Under the pieces are notes generated by a model. That model was not told the origin of the DNA. It saw only the letters and a program-made list of their open reading frames with translations, and searched no databases. Shown in pieces: positions 62,564-64,000 of a stretch of DNA of 64,000 nucleotides. The stretch lies in NCBI RefSeq assembly GCF_009914755.1, contig NC_060926.1; one strand, given 5' to 3'. Source of the stretch: the human T2T-CHM13v2.0 reference genome, Homo sapiens. The first letter of the stretch is position 1; every line of letters begins with the position of its first letter. The position numbers and the translations under genes are program-made.

Positions 62564-63694
62564 TCAGAGCAATGTCTGTGGAAATGACTTCAAAAGCTCC
62601 AAGTGCCAGAAATAACAACTGCTCTGGATCAAGTCCAGGAACAGATATTGGGACTAGAAAGAGGGATTTTCCAAAAATCTGAGTTTCATTTTTATCTATA
62701 ATATTGTTGAAAAATGGAAATGCTACTATGTGAAACTCTGGCACTTTTTTGGCTATAAAAAAGCCATGTGTACAGTATGAGCTATCATGCTTTATCAAGT
62801 CTGAAGAACAGAGAAAGCCATAGGGGAACCTTATAATGGTTAATAACCTCCTAATAAAGTACATTTGTGCATTGATAAGGACTATTGAAAATTTCTAATT
62901 AATTATTAAAATCATTTGAATTTCATTTGTCTGTTAAACTAATATCACTGATCCTGAATAGCATGCTTCTGTTGGGTTCTTATCTTGAGAAAAATTTGAA
63001 TTGTCTTAATATTTTGCTAGTCACATAAAGAATTCAAGTACCATATTTTCAAATTAAACTTGCTTTTGCTTAAAGTTTTTCCTCTAAAAAATACATATTC
63101 AGCTAAGTAATCTGTATTTAGGTATTTAATCTAAATCTGTATTTTATTTTAAGCAAATACAGAAAGCATCTTTTAGAAAAGTTATCATGCACTATTCCAC
63201 AACATAAAATTAAATCTTTTTTCTTTGATAAATCTGATTTTACACATAATGGTTCACTCAAAAAATCAACAAGAAAAAAAAAAGATGGGAGAGAAAAGCA
63301 ACCTGCTGGTGTTATAAGTAAATTTGTAAGGCAGCTAATCCATACCTCTTCAAGAATAATCCTTACCGCTTTATGGACCTGGTTTTAGCAATGCTAGTGA
63401 GTTGAGTGTAGTTTACCTATTATAGTGTAATGGTAATTTTTATTTTCAATAGCTTTAAAATAAAATAGTATGATGATCCAAAAGCACATTTCTAAAAAGG
63501 ATTAGCATGTTGTTGTAAGAATATGTGTTTAGGAATTGGATGGCTAAACTATATGATCTTCTTGTAGGGCTTCAGAGAAAAGATTAGTTTATTTATATTT
63601 CCAGCAGCAAGACAGACTCAATACCCTGAATGATTCTACCTATAAATACCACTGAAACAGCTAGACAAAATACTTTATTTATTTCCAAGCTCAT

Positions 63695-63842
63695 TTTATT
63701 TTATTTCACATAATTTTTATTTAAAAATATTTAATTGACAAAGATGGAATCTTTCCAAGGTGCAAAACATAATGATTTGATATATGTATACATTGTGTAA
63801 TAATTACAATCAAATTAATTAACACATTCATCAACACCCATG
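63695..63842 (-). mobile_element. L1MA 3' end within older L1M remnants
   Basis: aaggtgcaaaacataatgatttgatatatgtatacattgtg...aatcaaattaattaacaca. Confidence 0.65.
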
Positions 63843-64000
63843 ACTTTTTCAAAATGAATAGCTGAACTAACAAAAAAGTCAGAGTTCTTCGGAGGAAAAC
63901 AAAAACAAAAACACCTTGGGAATTAAGTGAATACCAAAGTTGGCTAAAGAAAATCACAAAAGTACTAGAAGAAAACATGGGTGACTTTCACTTTAACTTC

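Overview
Human genomic DNA, not prokaryotic, and very rich in Alu, L1, LTR and DNA-transposon relics. It contains the 5' end of LDAH (C2orf43, lipid droplet-associated hydrolase, chr2p24) on the minus strand: a CpG-island promoter and non-coding exon 1 (~24275-24360), a ~21.6-kb intron 1, and the first coding exon (2550-2705, MDSELKEEIPVHEEF...IFIIPG). The ~39.6 kb to the right (24.4-64 kb) is upstream intergenic sequence, starting with a dense nested LTR/Alu stack. Most ORF-track entries are repeat or simple-repeat artefacts; the only real coding signals are LDAH exon 2 and an L1PA ORF2 remnant. I cannot support a new multi-gene system here. The most unusual sequence-level observations are an AluY half carrying a cluster of AT-to-GC substitutions, a human-specific AluYb8 just upstream of the promoter, a recent 136-bp intra-Alu duplication, an 84-bp dispersed duplication, and an exon 2 that would be a stop-free endless ORF if circularised. 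Repeat boundaries and subfamily names are by-eye calls from remembered consensus sequences and are approximate.
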